From a virus: DNA of 47,145 nucleotides. The DNA is taken from positions 1 through 47,145 of the IMG/VR virus record IMGVR_UViG_3300050187_000010; one strand, 5' to 3'. The notes below the pieces were generated by a model. The model was not told the DNA's origin, did not search any database, and saw nothing but the letters and a program-made list of their open reading frames with translations. Position numbers and translations under genes: made by a program. Positions 16,296 through 25,749 of this stretch are shown in pieces (within the stretch, counting starts at the first letter, position 1; each line of letters opens with the position of its first letter).

Positions 16296-19200
16296 CAGCG
16301 GGATTCCTCTGGTTCTTCATAGCTATATCGCAGGTGCTCGCGGTTAGCGTGCGGTAAATATTCAGCACGTTCGTCTTCAGTCATTTTGTCCAGCAATCGC
16401 TTTTGCTGCTGCCAGGTCAAGCGCTCGAACATTGTTGCGTAAGGGTTGTAGTCTTGCCCACGTTGCATGACATTACGAGCTAGACGTTGTTGTTCAGTAG
16501 CGGTTAGATCGTACTTCTCTAGCATTTTATCCAACAATTCGCCATATTCTTCAATTTTACCTTCACCATAATAACGTGCAAGTTGCTTTCGGTCATTTGA
16601 CAATATAGCAGTTTCATATGGAGTAGCTGCTGTCGCAAAATATCTTCTGTACAAAGACGATATAGAGGCTTCAGTGTTAGTTTGAGTAGCGTATTGCGGG
16701 GCTTTGCCAAAGCCGCTTATTCCAAGCACTACATCTTTTGCTGACCGGTTGCTTTCCCTAATTGATTGTATGCTGATGGGTTCTAAATCAGCTAATGAAG
16801 CTCTCAGAGTATCCCAAGTTTTTTGCGCTAGTGGCGAGTTAGGGTCACGAATCTCGTGTCCGCGCCAGTCACGACCCGTCCACCACTGACGTACCATACC
16901 GATAGCACCAGAAGCTTTATTAGAAATAAAATGCCAAAGCCCAGAAGTAACGCCTTCATGTTCAATATGCTTAGCAATAGCAGCAATTTCTCGTGGATAA
17001 AATGGCGTATTTACTCGTTTGTCTTCCCCACGAGAATCTTTATCCCCAGTTTTGGGGTATAGATAATCAATTAAATCCTCTGGTGGCTCGCCAGTCATAG
17101 CCCAAGTTATTAAACCGCCAATTAACGTAGTTTGTAATGTATAAAACATCACAAACAGTGGACGATCTAATTCTCCTTTAGCTATTTTTTGAGTTAGTTT
17201 TCCTTTAGTAGTAACAGCTTTAGATATATCACTTACTGCTCCACCGTATTCACGGAAAAATCCAAAAACCCAACCCAAAGAAATCATATTAGCTACAGCT
17301 GCATCCTTAATCATTCTATTCCAGAACAAAGTATTATAGGCCATTTCGCCATAGCGATTGTCAACTGATTTTGCTAATTTGCGTAAAGCCAATCGACGAC
17401 GCCCGACGTCCTGTAATAAGGTAGGATCAGTTTCAAAAGCCGTTTTAACATCTTTAGTATATGAAGCTAACTTCATAGCTGGAATCCAGCGCTCAAACAT
17501 TGGCTTTTGAAGCTTATCCAAAATTGCAAAAGGCGCATACCAAGCGGCTTTTACTCCGCCTTCTATAGAACGTGTACGATTAAGTGGCAATTCTGTAATA
17601 GCTTGATTCAGTGCAGTTCTAAACGATTTTGCAGCATTAGTCTTAAACTGCTCTGATAAGGTTGGAATAAATCCACCTTCATTCACATACTGTAATATTA
17701 ATAAATCAGACTTAGTTAATTTATTAGCTGAAATTCTTCCCGTTATAGCATTTAACAATCTGTAGCCTATTTTAGGGTTATCAATAATTCCGTAAAGGGG
17801 AATTCCTTTTGCCCCTAATGTCAAAGATTCCAGCCATTTCCCGAAAAAAGTAATTGCATTCATCTTCCCCACAGCCATTTGTTTTGCGTATCTCACCATA
17901 TTAGCTGCAGAGTCCATACCAGCTAACAAGTGTATTGGATGAAATAACGAAAGAGCCAAGATCGAAGGTACAATAGAGTTCTTTAAAAACATTGCTCCTT
18001 TAAAAATATCACCTCGTATACCACCAATGTTCCACAAGGATTTAGTATCGAAATGATTATGCAGAATTTGATCTGCTGTACGATCTACCCAATAACCTTG
18101 GCCATTTGGAGCACGGCGATAGTTCCACTCCCCCATAGGAGGCTCTTCACCTTTTTTAGCCTCTCGCGCAAGTCCTTGGTCTGCTAAGTCTTTAAGTAAG
18201 TCGATTCGCATTTCAGCTATATCACTAGCATGCGCGCGAGCCAACATAATTTCTTCTGGATTAGTATACTTGGGCGTAAAACCAGCTTTAATAGCCTCTT
18301 CGTATAAAGCAAATTCTCGATCCTTGGTAAATCCAGGATTACCCCATTTGACACCGTATTTACCCTCAAAGTAAGTACTAACACCTTCGCCGTCTTCGAA
18401 AGAGTGATATAGGTAGTTATCGATAGGATCATATTCAATTTTGTTTTTACGATCCTGTTCGAAAATTTCCTTATTTCTCTCTCGGATGTTTTCAGCAGCT
18501 TTCTGCAACACTGGATCTTTAAATCGTGCTCCAGTTTCAAAAAACCGCATAAATAAACGAATGTCAACAGCCGACATTTTTTGCCAGAAGGCTAAGCGAT
18601 CTTTAGCAAACCCATAATTTGCGGTTTCTAGGTTTGACGATCTTGCTATATGAAAAGCAAGAGTTGCTGCAGTTTTTTTAGCCTGTTCGCCGAGAGCTTC
18701 AGGGTTGACGTTGCGGATTAGTTCTGTGTACCAAGCTGTAAGTTTGCCCTGAACAAATTTGCCACCGGGAAGGGAATCAAGAGTTGGGCCGGAAGCGAAA
18801 ATTTGTTGCTGTTGCGGAGTGATAGTTGGTTCAGCGACAGGTGCTTCTACCTGTCGCGTCACTTCATAAACCGGCACTCGCGGGTCGGCGGAGACCTTTG
18901 AACCATTTATTCCAGGGCTGTTAGGATTTTCCTTTACTTCAAAGCCCTTTTGTTTTAGTGCTGCATAAACACGTTGTTGGTCCTGAGAAACGCTAAAGTC
19001 GCTAGCTAAAGTTAACCCTCGCCGTTGTACTTCATCGGCCAACGTCTGCATCATCTCCTGTGCTCGGCCCTTGCCACGTTCAGCCTCAGCAACATCTATA
19101 CGTTTAACCTGTAAAAACTGGCGATTTTCCTGCGCCAGCAGTTCGCCAACAGAAGATTTAACTTCAACTTGCCCGGTGTCTTCGTCAACAGTTAACTGTG

Positions 19201-20491
19201 GCTTCGCCGGGTCAACTTCAGCCCGTGGGGTCTCCGCGACAGTTCGTGCAATCCCAATCCCCAATTCTTCCGGGGTAATCACTTCTTGCCCAGGCTGTAA
19301 ACGAACTCTAGGTTTAGGCTGTTTTTGTGCTAAGTCGATCTCCAGTTCTCCAATCCGCTTGCCAGTTGCTTCAGCATCCTTCTGTATTCTGCGAGCGAGT
19401 TCTTCTGACGAAGGCGTTTTAACGTCTGGATTACGAAACCTAGCTTTAGCATTAGCGTTGTTAATAATCCCAGTCATCAACCCAGAAACACTCAACTGTG
19501 CGCCAGCTCCGACAATCGTTGCACCAGTTGTTTCTTGGATCGTCTCCCAAATATCCTTCATCGTTACGTCATCGCGAAGCTGAAGGTTCCAGTCCTCAAT
19601 CAAAGTCGCAGCTGAAGTAATATTCTCGCCAAGAAGATCAGTAACGACGAATTCTGCAGCTTGACGAACGAAAGGAGATTTCTTTGCCAAAGCCCCCAAT
19701 GGGATAGCTTCAGTTAAACCTGCTAAACCTCCAATCAGTCCAGCACTAATCGCAGCCTCACCTTCAGGTACCCTCAAGGCACGAAGCTCGCCATAGCGCT
19801 GTAGACCTTCCATTCCACCGAGTGACATAAGAGCAGGGATTTGTGCCCCCGGAACCAGTGCTCCGACAGTAACAATTGGTACAGTAATAGCCGCGCTGGT
19901 TAACCCACTATGCACTGCGCGTTCAATCGGTCCTGCATCTGCAGGGATAGCTGCTGTAGCTTCTGCCATGTGCCGCCGCGTTTGGCGAGCTGCACGACCA
20001 GATTCAAGCTCTGCCCCAAAGGCACGTTCTTCTGCACCAACAGCTACCTGTGCTGCAACGTCCTCAACGATTTTACTCATCCCCAGCCAGCGATGTTCAC
20101 CAGGACGAATTTGCCGCTGAAGTTGACCTGTAGCTAACTGCTCGGCAGCAGCAGCTTCGCCGGTTGCTGAGATGTCCGCAACCGCCTGGTCGATACTGGA
20201 ACCTAAAGAGCGCAAAGTAGCTCTAACACCGGTAGCGATTTTAGGTAGTCTTTTTACTGCGGTTTGCAACTCCTGCGATGGCGTAGGAACAGCTTCACGC
20301 AGCGAGGTTAGAACTGGTTCTGCGACCCGACGATAGAAATCAAAACGAGGTTGAGCTTCGACAGGCCCAATGGCTTCAGCAAAGCTGATTTCGACACCTG
20401 GAGCTGCAGGCTGAATAGATGGCTGTTGCTGTTGCTCTCCTCCTACAACAGCACTAAAAGGGATTTCCCTAGGCTGAGCTGTTTTAGGCAT
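16295..20491 (-). CDS. Giant internal virion / ejection protein (1398 aa) with embedded GNAT-like segment
   Basis: Its size and position before the fibre match T7 gp16-class proteins. It has hydrophobic segments and a GNAT motif-A-like ERGKGRAQEMM...YAALKQKGFEV at aa ~435-525. Confidence 0.6.
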   Translation of the reverse strand: MPKTAQPREIPFSAVVGGEQQQQPSIQPAAPGVEISFAEAIGPVEAQPRFDFYRRVAEPVLTSLREAVPTPSQELQTAVKRLPKIATGVRATLRSLGSSIDQAVADISATGEAAAAEQLATGQLQRQIRPGEHRWLGMSKIVEDVAAQVAVGAEERAFGAELESGRAARQTRRHMAEATAAIPADAGPIERAVHSGLTSAAITVPIVTVGALVPGAQIPALMSLGGMEGLQRYGELRALRVPEGEAAISAGLIGGLAGLTEAIPLGALAKKSPFVRQAAEFVVTDLLGENITSAATLIEDWNLQLRDDVTMKDIWETIQETTGATIVGAGAQLSVSGLMTGIINNANAKARFRNPDVKTPSSEELARRIQKDAEATGKRIGELEIDLAQKQPKPRVRLQPGQEVITPEELGIGIARTVAETPRAEVDPAKPQLTVDEDTGQVEVKSSVGELLAQENRQFLQVKRIDVAEAERGKGRAQEMMQTLADEVQRRGLTLASDFSVSQDQQRVYAALKQKGFEVKENPNSPGINGSKVSADPRVPVYEVTRQVEAPVAEPTITPQQQQIFASGPTLDSLPGGKFVQGKLTAWYTELIRNVNPEALGEQAKKTAATLAFHIARSSNLETANYGFAKDRLAFWQKMSAVDIRLFMRFFETGARFKDPVLQKAAENIRERNKEIFEQDRKNKIEYDPIDNYLYHSFEDGEGVSTYFEGKYGVKWGNPGFTKDREFALYEEAIKAGFTPKYTNPEEIMLARAHASDIAEMRIDLLKDLADQGLAREAKKGEEPPMGEWNYRRAPNGQGYWVDRTADQILHNHFDTKSLWNIGGIRGDIFKGAMFLKNSIVPSILALSLFHPIHLLAGMDSAANMVRYAKQMAVGKMNAITFFGKWLESLTLGAKGIPLYGIIDNPKIGYRLLNAITGRISANKLTKSDLLILQYVNEGGFIPTLSEQFKTNAAKSFRTALNQAITELPLNRTRSIEGGVKAAWYAPFAILDKLQKPMFERWIPAMKLASYTKDVKTAFETDPTLLQDVGRRRLALRKLAKSVDNRYGEMAYNTLFWNRMIKDAAVANMISLGWVFGFFREYGGAVSDISKAVTTKGKLTQKIAKGELDRPLFVMFYTLQTTLIGGLITWAMTGEPPEDLIDYLYPKTGDKDSRGEDKRVNTPFYPREIAAIAKHIEHEGVTSGLWHFISNKASGAIGMVRQWWTGRDWRGHEIRDPNSPLAQKTWDTLRASLADLEPISIQSIRESNRSAKDVVLGISGFGKAPQYATQTNTEASISSLYRRYFATAATPYETAILSNDRKQLARYYGEGKIEEYGELLDKMLEKYDLTATEQQRLARNVMQRGQDYNPYATMFERLTWQQQKRLLDKMTEDERAEYLPHANREHLRYSYEEPEESR

Positions 20492-21642
20492 CAGTCAGGC
20501 TCCCGATAATTAGGAGTACGAAATTCCTCCCGCGAGAGATCTCGTTCAGCAGCAGCTTCAGGGTCTTCAACTATCCTAAAGCCTGTGCCAGTCCACAACA
20601 ATACTTTACCTTCATATTTCCCCTTGCCTTTGTAAAACATATTTGGACGAAGTGCGTCTTGAGCAGAAGGCAGATCCAGCGGGTTTGTTGCATCGCCTTT
20701 CATTCTAGTTCGCGCGCGTAGACCGCCGAAGTCTCCCCTAGCCTGAGCTTCGTTAAACGCACGGCGTGCAGCCTGGCTACGAGAAATCCCCAACTGCGCC
20801 TGTAACTGCATCATACGTTCAGCTACGGGACGAGCTAAAATCCTGGCATCTTCTGAGGTAACAGCCCCAAGGTATTCAGCATTAATCAAGTCGCTCACCG
20901 CACGGAGATCTTCAGCTTTAGGCTGTTTGCCAACAGCCCCCTCTTTACGCAAGGCTTCTGCACGGGTTTCCGCAAGCTCTTTCTGCGCCCGGCGTAATGG
21001 AACTAAAGCCTCACTAGCTCCAGCAGCAGCACTAGAAGCTTGTTCTCTAGCTCTGGCCGCATTAGTTAAAGCTTGATCTTTTTGACTGACAACAGAATCT
21101 TGCAGCTGAGCTATTAACTCAGGACTATAAGGCAGATCCGCAAAGGCACTCTCTTGTCCTGTCTGCATTGTATAAAGCATGTTAGCCCGACGCCAACTGG
21201 CTTCGTCTCCAACAGTAGATAGCAAATTGGAGATCAACGTTAGCTTTTGTGTCTGGGCATCGAGTTCGCGCTCTTTAATAACTGAAGCATTAGCTCGAAT
21301 AGCTGAAGCCTTTGAAGCATATTCAGCGGCTTGCTGTGGCAAACCGGATTCCATCGCCATTTTAGCCAAGTCATCTAGACTATCTGGTATATCCTGAGTC
21401 TCCATAGCCCCAGCACCAGGGGGGGCTGAGTCCTGAGCATTTTGCTGCTGCGCAGACCGATTTCGCATCAGCTCGATCATTTTCTTTTGGGATTCGAGAG
21501 CTAGAGAACTGGATTCCAACGCGACGTCGGCCTGCATCAGCTCAGCTTCCCCACGTCGCAAGGACATGTCAGCTAGAGACTGCTGCATGTCTTCCTGACG
21601 TCGCAGAGATTGCCCAGCTTGAAAACCCCAGAGTTCGCTCAT
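20491..21642 (-). CDS. Internal virion protein (coiled-coil rich)
   Basis: ATGA overlap with the giant gene. Ala/Gln/Glu-rich helical sequence. The call is by position. Confidence 0.45.
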   Translation of the reverse strand: MSELWGFQAGQSLRRQEDMQQSLADMSLRRGEAELMQADVALESSSLALESQKKMIELMRNRSAQQQNAQDSAPPGAGAMETQDIPDSLDDLAKMAMESGLPQQAAEYASKASAIRANASVIKERELDAQTQKLTLISNLLSTVGDEASWRRANMLYTMQTGQESAFADLPYSPELIAQLQDSVVSQKDQALTNAARAREQASSAAAGASEALVPLRRAQKELAETRAEALRKEGAVGKQPKAEDLRAVSDLINAEYLGAVTSEDARILARPVAERMMQLQAQLGISRSQAARRAFNEAQARGDFGGLRARTRMKGDATNPLDLPSAQDALRPNMFYKGKGKYEGKVLLWTGTGFRIVEDPEAAAERDLSREEFRTPNYREPD

Positions 21643-21644
21643 GG

Positions 21645-22226
21645 TTACGACCCTGCTCCAGGAACGTTAACTATATAACCGCCACCGGTAGACATAGTAC
21701 CTGGAACGCTGGTTCCCGCACCAAAGCCACCTGTGCCAGCGCCAGCTCCGCCAAAGGTAGTGCCCCCTATACCAGCAAGGCCATAGCCTAACGAGGCCAA
21801 CACATTTCCCATGCTCTGGAATGCGCCAGCTTGCTGACCAGCTCCAACTTGCATAGCTTGCGCAGGGTTAACCTGTGCGCCAGACAAACCAGCTAATAGT
21901 TGTCGTTGCTGATTTAGGTAATCAGCCGCAAAACTCTGACCGAATCGCTGCAAAGCTATCGCTGCGTTGCCAGAGCCAGTAAAACCTTGTAGAGTTCCAG
22001 CGCGCTCGACAGCTTGAGTGCCCTGACGAAAAGCTTCTTGATAGCCAGGGTCTTCGTAGATCTTCGAAGGATCCTGTAGCAGAGCGCGAAGTTGCTCGTC
22101 GTAGAATGCCTGTCTACCAGCTTGCTGTCTCGCAAGCCCATAAGCCCGATCGCCAGCTCGTTTTTGCTGATAGGCGCCGTAAGCACCTACGGCTACGCTA
22201 GCTACAGCAGCGGTTACAAGCGCCAT
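21645..22226 (-). CDS. Gly-rich internal virion protein with N-terminal TM helix
   Basis: MALVTAAVASVAVGAYGAY... with a GGAGAGTGGFGAG tail. The call is by position. Confidence 0.45.
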   Translation of the reverse strand: MALVTAAVASVAVGAYGAYQQKRAGDRAYGLARQQAGRQAFYDEQLRALLQDPSKIYEDPGYQEAFRQGTQAVERAGTLQGFTGSGNAAIALQRFGQSFAADYLNQQRQLLAGLSGAQVNPAQAMQVGAGQQAGAFQSMGNVLASLGYGLAGIGGTTFGGAGAGTGGFGAGTSVPGTMSTGGGYIVNVPGAGS

Positions 22227-22227
22227 T

Positions 22228-22677
22228 TTACAATACCTTTAAAAAAACGGTTTCCATTGGCTTATGCCCATCGCGCTCATAAAGCGCACTGACCTGCTCT
22301 GACATTGAATCTTTTAAAGCAACCATATGCCAAAAATCAGCTCCCTTTGATTTAGCAGCTGCTTCAAGCGCACGGCGCAAGGCGGTTCCAGCACCATTAG
22401 AGCGATACAAAGGTTCGATCCACCAGAAAACTTCCAGCCCCTGGCGCCACACAGAGTTCCAGTAAAGTGGAGCAATAAAGGCTCCAGCCATTCCTATGAT
22501 CTTGTCGTCAGCTTCAGCCACTAACAGCACGTGGTCATCAGCTAGTTGTTTGAAAGTTCTAATCAGCGACACTTCGTCTAGAACTACAAACTGCTGATAA
22601 GGCGTTAAGGAATAGAACTTCCGCCCTAACTCCAGCATAGCAGTGAAATCGTCAACGAGCGCTTTTCGAATGTGCAT
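22228..22677 (-). CDS. GNAT-family N-acetyltransferase
   Basis: Motif A YRSNGAGTALRRALEAAAKSKG within the typical ~150-aa GNAT layout. Confidence 0.8.
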   Translation of the reverse strand: MHIRKALVDDFTAMLELGRKFYSLTPYQQFVVLDEVSLIRTFKQLADDHVLLVAEADDKIIGMAGAFIAPLYWNSVWRQGLEVFWWIEPLYRSNGAGTALRRALEAAAKSKGADFWHMVALKDSMSEQVSALYERDGHKPMETVFLKVL

Positions 22678-22691
22678 GATTTAGCAACTAA

Positions 22692-23231
22692 TTAGTAAAA
22701 AGCTGTAAGCACTAAGCGTCCGTTTTGAGCGTTTTCGCCAAAACCGCCTACTGGTTCGGCACGATGCATTAGACCAGCGTCAAATATAGCTGCACGATTA
22801 GGCTGCATTTTGGCTATGTCGTATATCTGCCAAGCAGTTCGGCGGTTAGTATCTAGCTCCCATATAGCAAGTTCTTCTGGGGTCTTGGGGTCTCGCCGCA
22901 TGCCGGTATGTTCATGACGAACTAATGATGTTCCACCCTGGCAGTGCTCTGAACGATTCAAATAAAGCATTAAAGAACGTGTTCCCATTACGCTATCAGT
23001 ATGCGCTTGGTGAGGTGCTTCTACACCCTTTAAACTAAGCCGCATGAAAAGTGTTTTTGGGCACCCCAAAAAAACCTTTACAAATTCAGGAATGTCTAGG
23101 CTTATACCAGGGTAAATAACCCCGTCTACAGGACTAGCTACTCCTGAATAAGAAAGTTTATCGCAATGCTGACGCAGAGCGGTGAATACGTCCTGAGGCA
23201 AAAAATCATCTATGATTTCGAAGTGGCTCAT
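22692..23231 (-). CDS. 2OG-Fe(II) oxygenase superfamily protein
   Basis: HQAHTD (HxD) ... LMLYLN...GGTSL ... distal MHRAE. I prefer the ATG at 23231 over the TTG at 23264 given in the ORF track. Confidence 0.7.
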   Translation of the reverse strand: MSHFEIIDDFLPQDVFTALRQHCDKLSYSGVASPVDGVIYPGISLDIPEFVKVFLGCPKTLFMRLSLKGVEAPHQAHTDSVMGTRSLMLYLNRSEHCQGGTSLVRHEHTGMRRDPKTPEELAIWELDTNRRTAWQIYDIAKMQPNRAAIFDAGLMHRAEPVGGFGENAQNGRLVLTAFY

Positions 23232-23241
23232 AACTGCACTG

Positions 23242-23460
23242 CTATGTCGCTGGAGTTTGATCAATCAAAACCCCATTGTCGAAAGTCATCGACCCCTGTG
23301 CACCGCCGCCGGTTAGAGCAGCAGTTGTGATGGTTCCAGTAAAACCATCGCGTAACAGTTCAGTTAGCAAAAACATCCAGATAAACATTAATTCAGTCGG
23401 TTGCCCCTGTTCGTTTACGATCTGAGCTTCACGACGAGGAACATCGGTAATGTGGGCCAT
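23242..23460 (-). CDS. Hypothetical virion-module protein
   Basis: 72-aa ORF packed between tail genes. Confidence 0.4.
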   Translation of the reverse strand: MAHITDVPRREAQIVNEQGQPTELMFIWMFLLTELLRDGFTGTITTAALTGGGAQGSMTFDNGVLIDQTPAT

Positions 23461-23461
23461 T

Positions 23462-24997
23462 TTAGTTCTGCCCTATGTCTAACTGCAGATCAAAGGTTTT
23501 AATCCGCATGGAAGTATTGCTTTGGTGTCGTAGATTCCAGGCTCGGCGGTGGAACGAACCACAATCGGTAACCCTAGGACGCGTAGCACCTAAGTCAACT
23601 TCACGAAAGTTAGACCAAGTGGTAAAGTCATCGTCAGTCCAACGCATTTTGAGCGTTGATCCAGTCTCACGATTACCCCGGAAAAACATAGCTCCTAGTT
23701 GCTTAGTACGTTGAGTGCCAAAATCATGATCAGGGGTGTAAATGTCAACCGCTGGCACGACACCGGCATCGGAGCTGAAAACATAATCTTCAGCTATAGA
23801 ATGGATGTTGCCAGTAGTGTAGTTCTGCATGATAACTCGGCCACTGTCATCAGGACCCACTGCAGCATTTACTGGCCAGCCAACAAAGAGCGGAAAGCTA
23901 GAGTCTGTTGCAGCTTCTGTCCACCGGTACCACAGGTTTTGATCTAGATCGTAGACAAAAGTTAGAAATCGGCTAGAATAGCCGAAAGCCGAAAAGGGGC
24001 CTGATATACCGTAAAAACGATGGCCGGCTACTTTTAGCTGAAAGGAAGTAACTAATGCAATTGATCCCCCCACAAAGCCAGCAAATGTACGCAATACACG
24101 TTCGAGGTCTGGAGTTGAAATAACCCTAGGCCTAAGGTCAGTAAGTCGTACTATTTGATACAGCCCACTTTCGTTTCTAGAAAGCCATAGAAGTTCTTCG
24201 TCTATTTCCTGAACTGTATAAGCGTTAGCGCAACCGTAAGGTATTTTGCTACCGCGTAGAGAAGATAGCGGAGAACCACTAGGATTACCAGCGTTGTAGA
24301 AGAATTCAGTTGAGCGTTCTTTTAAGGCAGCAACGTATTCCTTGTGCTTGGCGAGAGCAACAGAACGATCTGAACCGTTGCGAGCTATGATAACGTTTAA
24401 GGGGTCCCAAACTGCAGGGTCGTCCAAATTAGCACTGCCATAAATTTCGTTCTCGCCTGTCATTACATAGAGAGTACCATCAAGGTAAGCCCAGCCACGA
24501 ACAGTGCCAGTTGGAAAATTAGCCAGCCCTGTCATGTCGGTGATTGTAGCGCCGTCTGTGTAATAAGCTATGCCGCCGTCGTTAAACACAGCTGTGTAAT
24601 CAGGCGAAGTCCGAATAGTCTCGAAGGTATAGTTAGCCTGGTTAGTTACAATATTGCCGATTAAAGTAGTTGTAGTAACGCCTTGGTTTAATCGACTGAG
24701 TCTGGCGTTTTTAACTACTAGAAAAATGTAAGCGCTGCTGCCTCCACTGTAGCCCTGGAACCTATAAAGCCCGCGACCGGGGTTTACACCGGAACTGGCT
24801 GGAGACAGCAATTCGTTTGAGAACCCCGGTCGCTTGTTGATCCAGTATTCCCCATCGTTAGAATCACGTTCCGCAAAGCAATTGACCAACTGCGCGTCTT
24901 CAGCTACACTGGCTGAACGCCAGCCGGGCGCAGCCACTAGCTGCAATCGCTTTGGAATAGCGACTGTTTCAAATTGGCTACGAGGCGAGATAGCCAT
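23462..24997 (-). CDS. Tail tube / nozzle protein (T7 gp12 or P22 gp10-like position)
   Basis: 511 aa, beta-rich, and follows an adaptor-like gene with an ATGA overlap. The call is by position and composition. Confidence 0.4.
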   Translation of the reverse strand: MAISPRSQFETVAIPKRLQLVAAPGWRSASVAEDAQLVNCFAERDSNDGEYWINKRPGFSNELLSPASSGVNPGRGLYRFQGYSGGSSAYIFLVVKNARLSRLNQGVTTTTLIGNIVTNQANYTFETIRTSPDYTAVFNDGGIAYYTDGATITDMTGLANFPTGTVRGWAYLDGTLYVMTGENEIYGSANLDDPAVWDPLNVIIARNGSDRSVALAKHKEYVAALKERSTEFFYNAGNPSGSPLSSLRGSKIPYGCANAYTVQEIDEELLWLSRNESGLYQIVRLTDLRPRVISTPDLERVLRTFAGFVGGSIALVTSFQLKVAGHRFYGISGPFSAFGYSSRFLTFVYDLDQNLWYRWTEAATDSSFPLFVGWPVNAAVGPDDSGRVIMQNYTTGNIHSIAEDYVFSSDAGVVPAVDIYTPDHDFGTQRTKQLGAMFFRGNRETGSTLKMRWTDDDFTTWSNFREVDLGATRPRVTDCGSFHRRAWNLRHQSNTSMRIKTFDLQLDIGQN

Positions 24998-25728
24998 CAG
25001 CGAAAGGCTCCACGATTTTGCATTGAGCGAGAATCAGGGACGAAGCGAGTTGAGGCGTCTTCGACGTCCCAGCCTTCGAGAGCTGTGCGATAACGAGCAG
25101 CCATCTGCTCACAACGGTTAATGATAGCAGAAGGTTGACCAGTAGCAAGTTCTTCTGCCAGAGCCCAGTGAAGGTAAAGAAACCATTCCTGGGGGAACGA
25201 CAAGGCGTCAGTCAACGCGATCATTTGAGTGATTTGGGTTTGGACGATGAAGTGAACTGTGCCAGTAGCGGCTTCAGCATCAGGGGTGTTCCACAGGTAG
25301 ATGTTGAGGGTGTTTTGCTGCTTGTCGACGTAGTAGGAAGTAATCGCCCCTTGCTGCGTTACGTTTGACAGGCGGTAGTATTCTTCACGAGCCATCGGCG
25401 GCTCGATAGGCCGACGGTTGTCTGAAGAATCGATGAAATAACCTTGCAGCACTCGCAGAGGCTTGCCTGCTAGAACAACGGTGCCGGTTGGGCCTAGAGT
25501 GTAAAGGGCAGTCCCAGCGACCAAAATAGGTGCGGCTATGGAAATGTCCTGGTCGAGCCAGAGCTTGAGCCCCTGGGTTTGTTCGTAGTTGATTAAATCG
25601 TTGAGACGATTTAGGCCTTCAGCAAACTGCGAAGACGAGGGTTCGGAGTCCTGGTCCAGCTTTCCAGCATTTCTATACGCGTAGGTGATAACGCGGAAAG
25701 GAGTGTTGAAAGTGGCTGGACCAGGCAT
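24997..25728 (-). CDS. Head-tail adaptor / tail tubular A-like protein
   Basis: 243 aa. The call is by position only. Confidence 0.35.
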   Translation of the reverse strand: MPGPATFNTPFRVITYAYRNAGKLDQDSEPSSSQFAEGLNRLNDLINYEQTQGLKLWLDQDISIAAPILVAGTALYTLGPTGTVVLAGKPLRVLQGYFIDSSDNRRPIEPPMAREEYYRLSNVTQQGAITSYYVDKQQNTLNIYLWNTPDAEAATGTVHFIVQTQITQMIALTDALSFPQEWFLYLHWALAEELATGQPSAIINRCEQMAARYRTALEGWDVEDASTRFVPDSRSMQNRGAFR

Positions 25729-25749
25729 TTGAAGGGGCTCCGAGGTTAG

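Noticed and set aside
19071-19583. 170-aa + strand ORF
   Set aside because: It is antisense inside the 1398-aa gene, has a Ser/Cys/Pro-rich shadow-frame composition, and has no Shine-Dalgarno sequence.
22412-22421. tRNA T-loop-like GGTTCGATCC
   Set aside because: It lies inside the GNAT CDS, and the flanks cannot form T, anticodon or acceptor stems.
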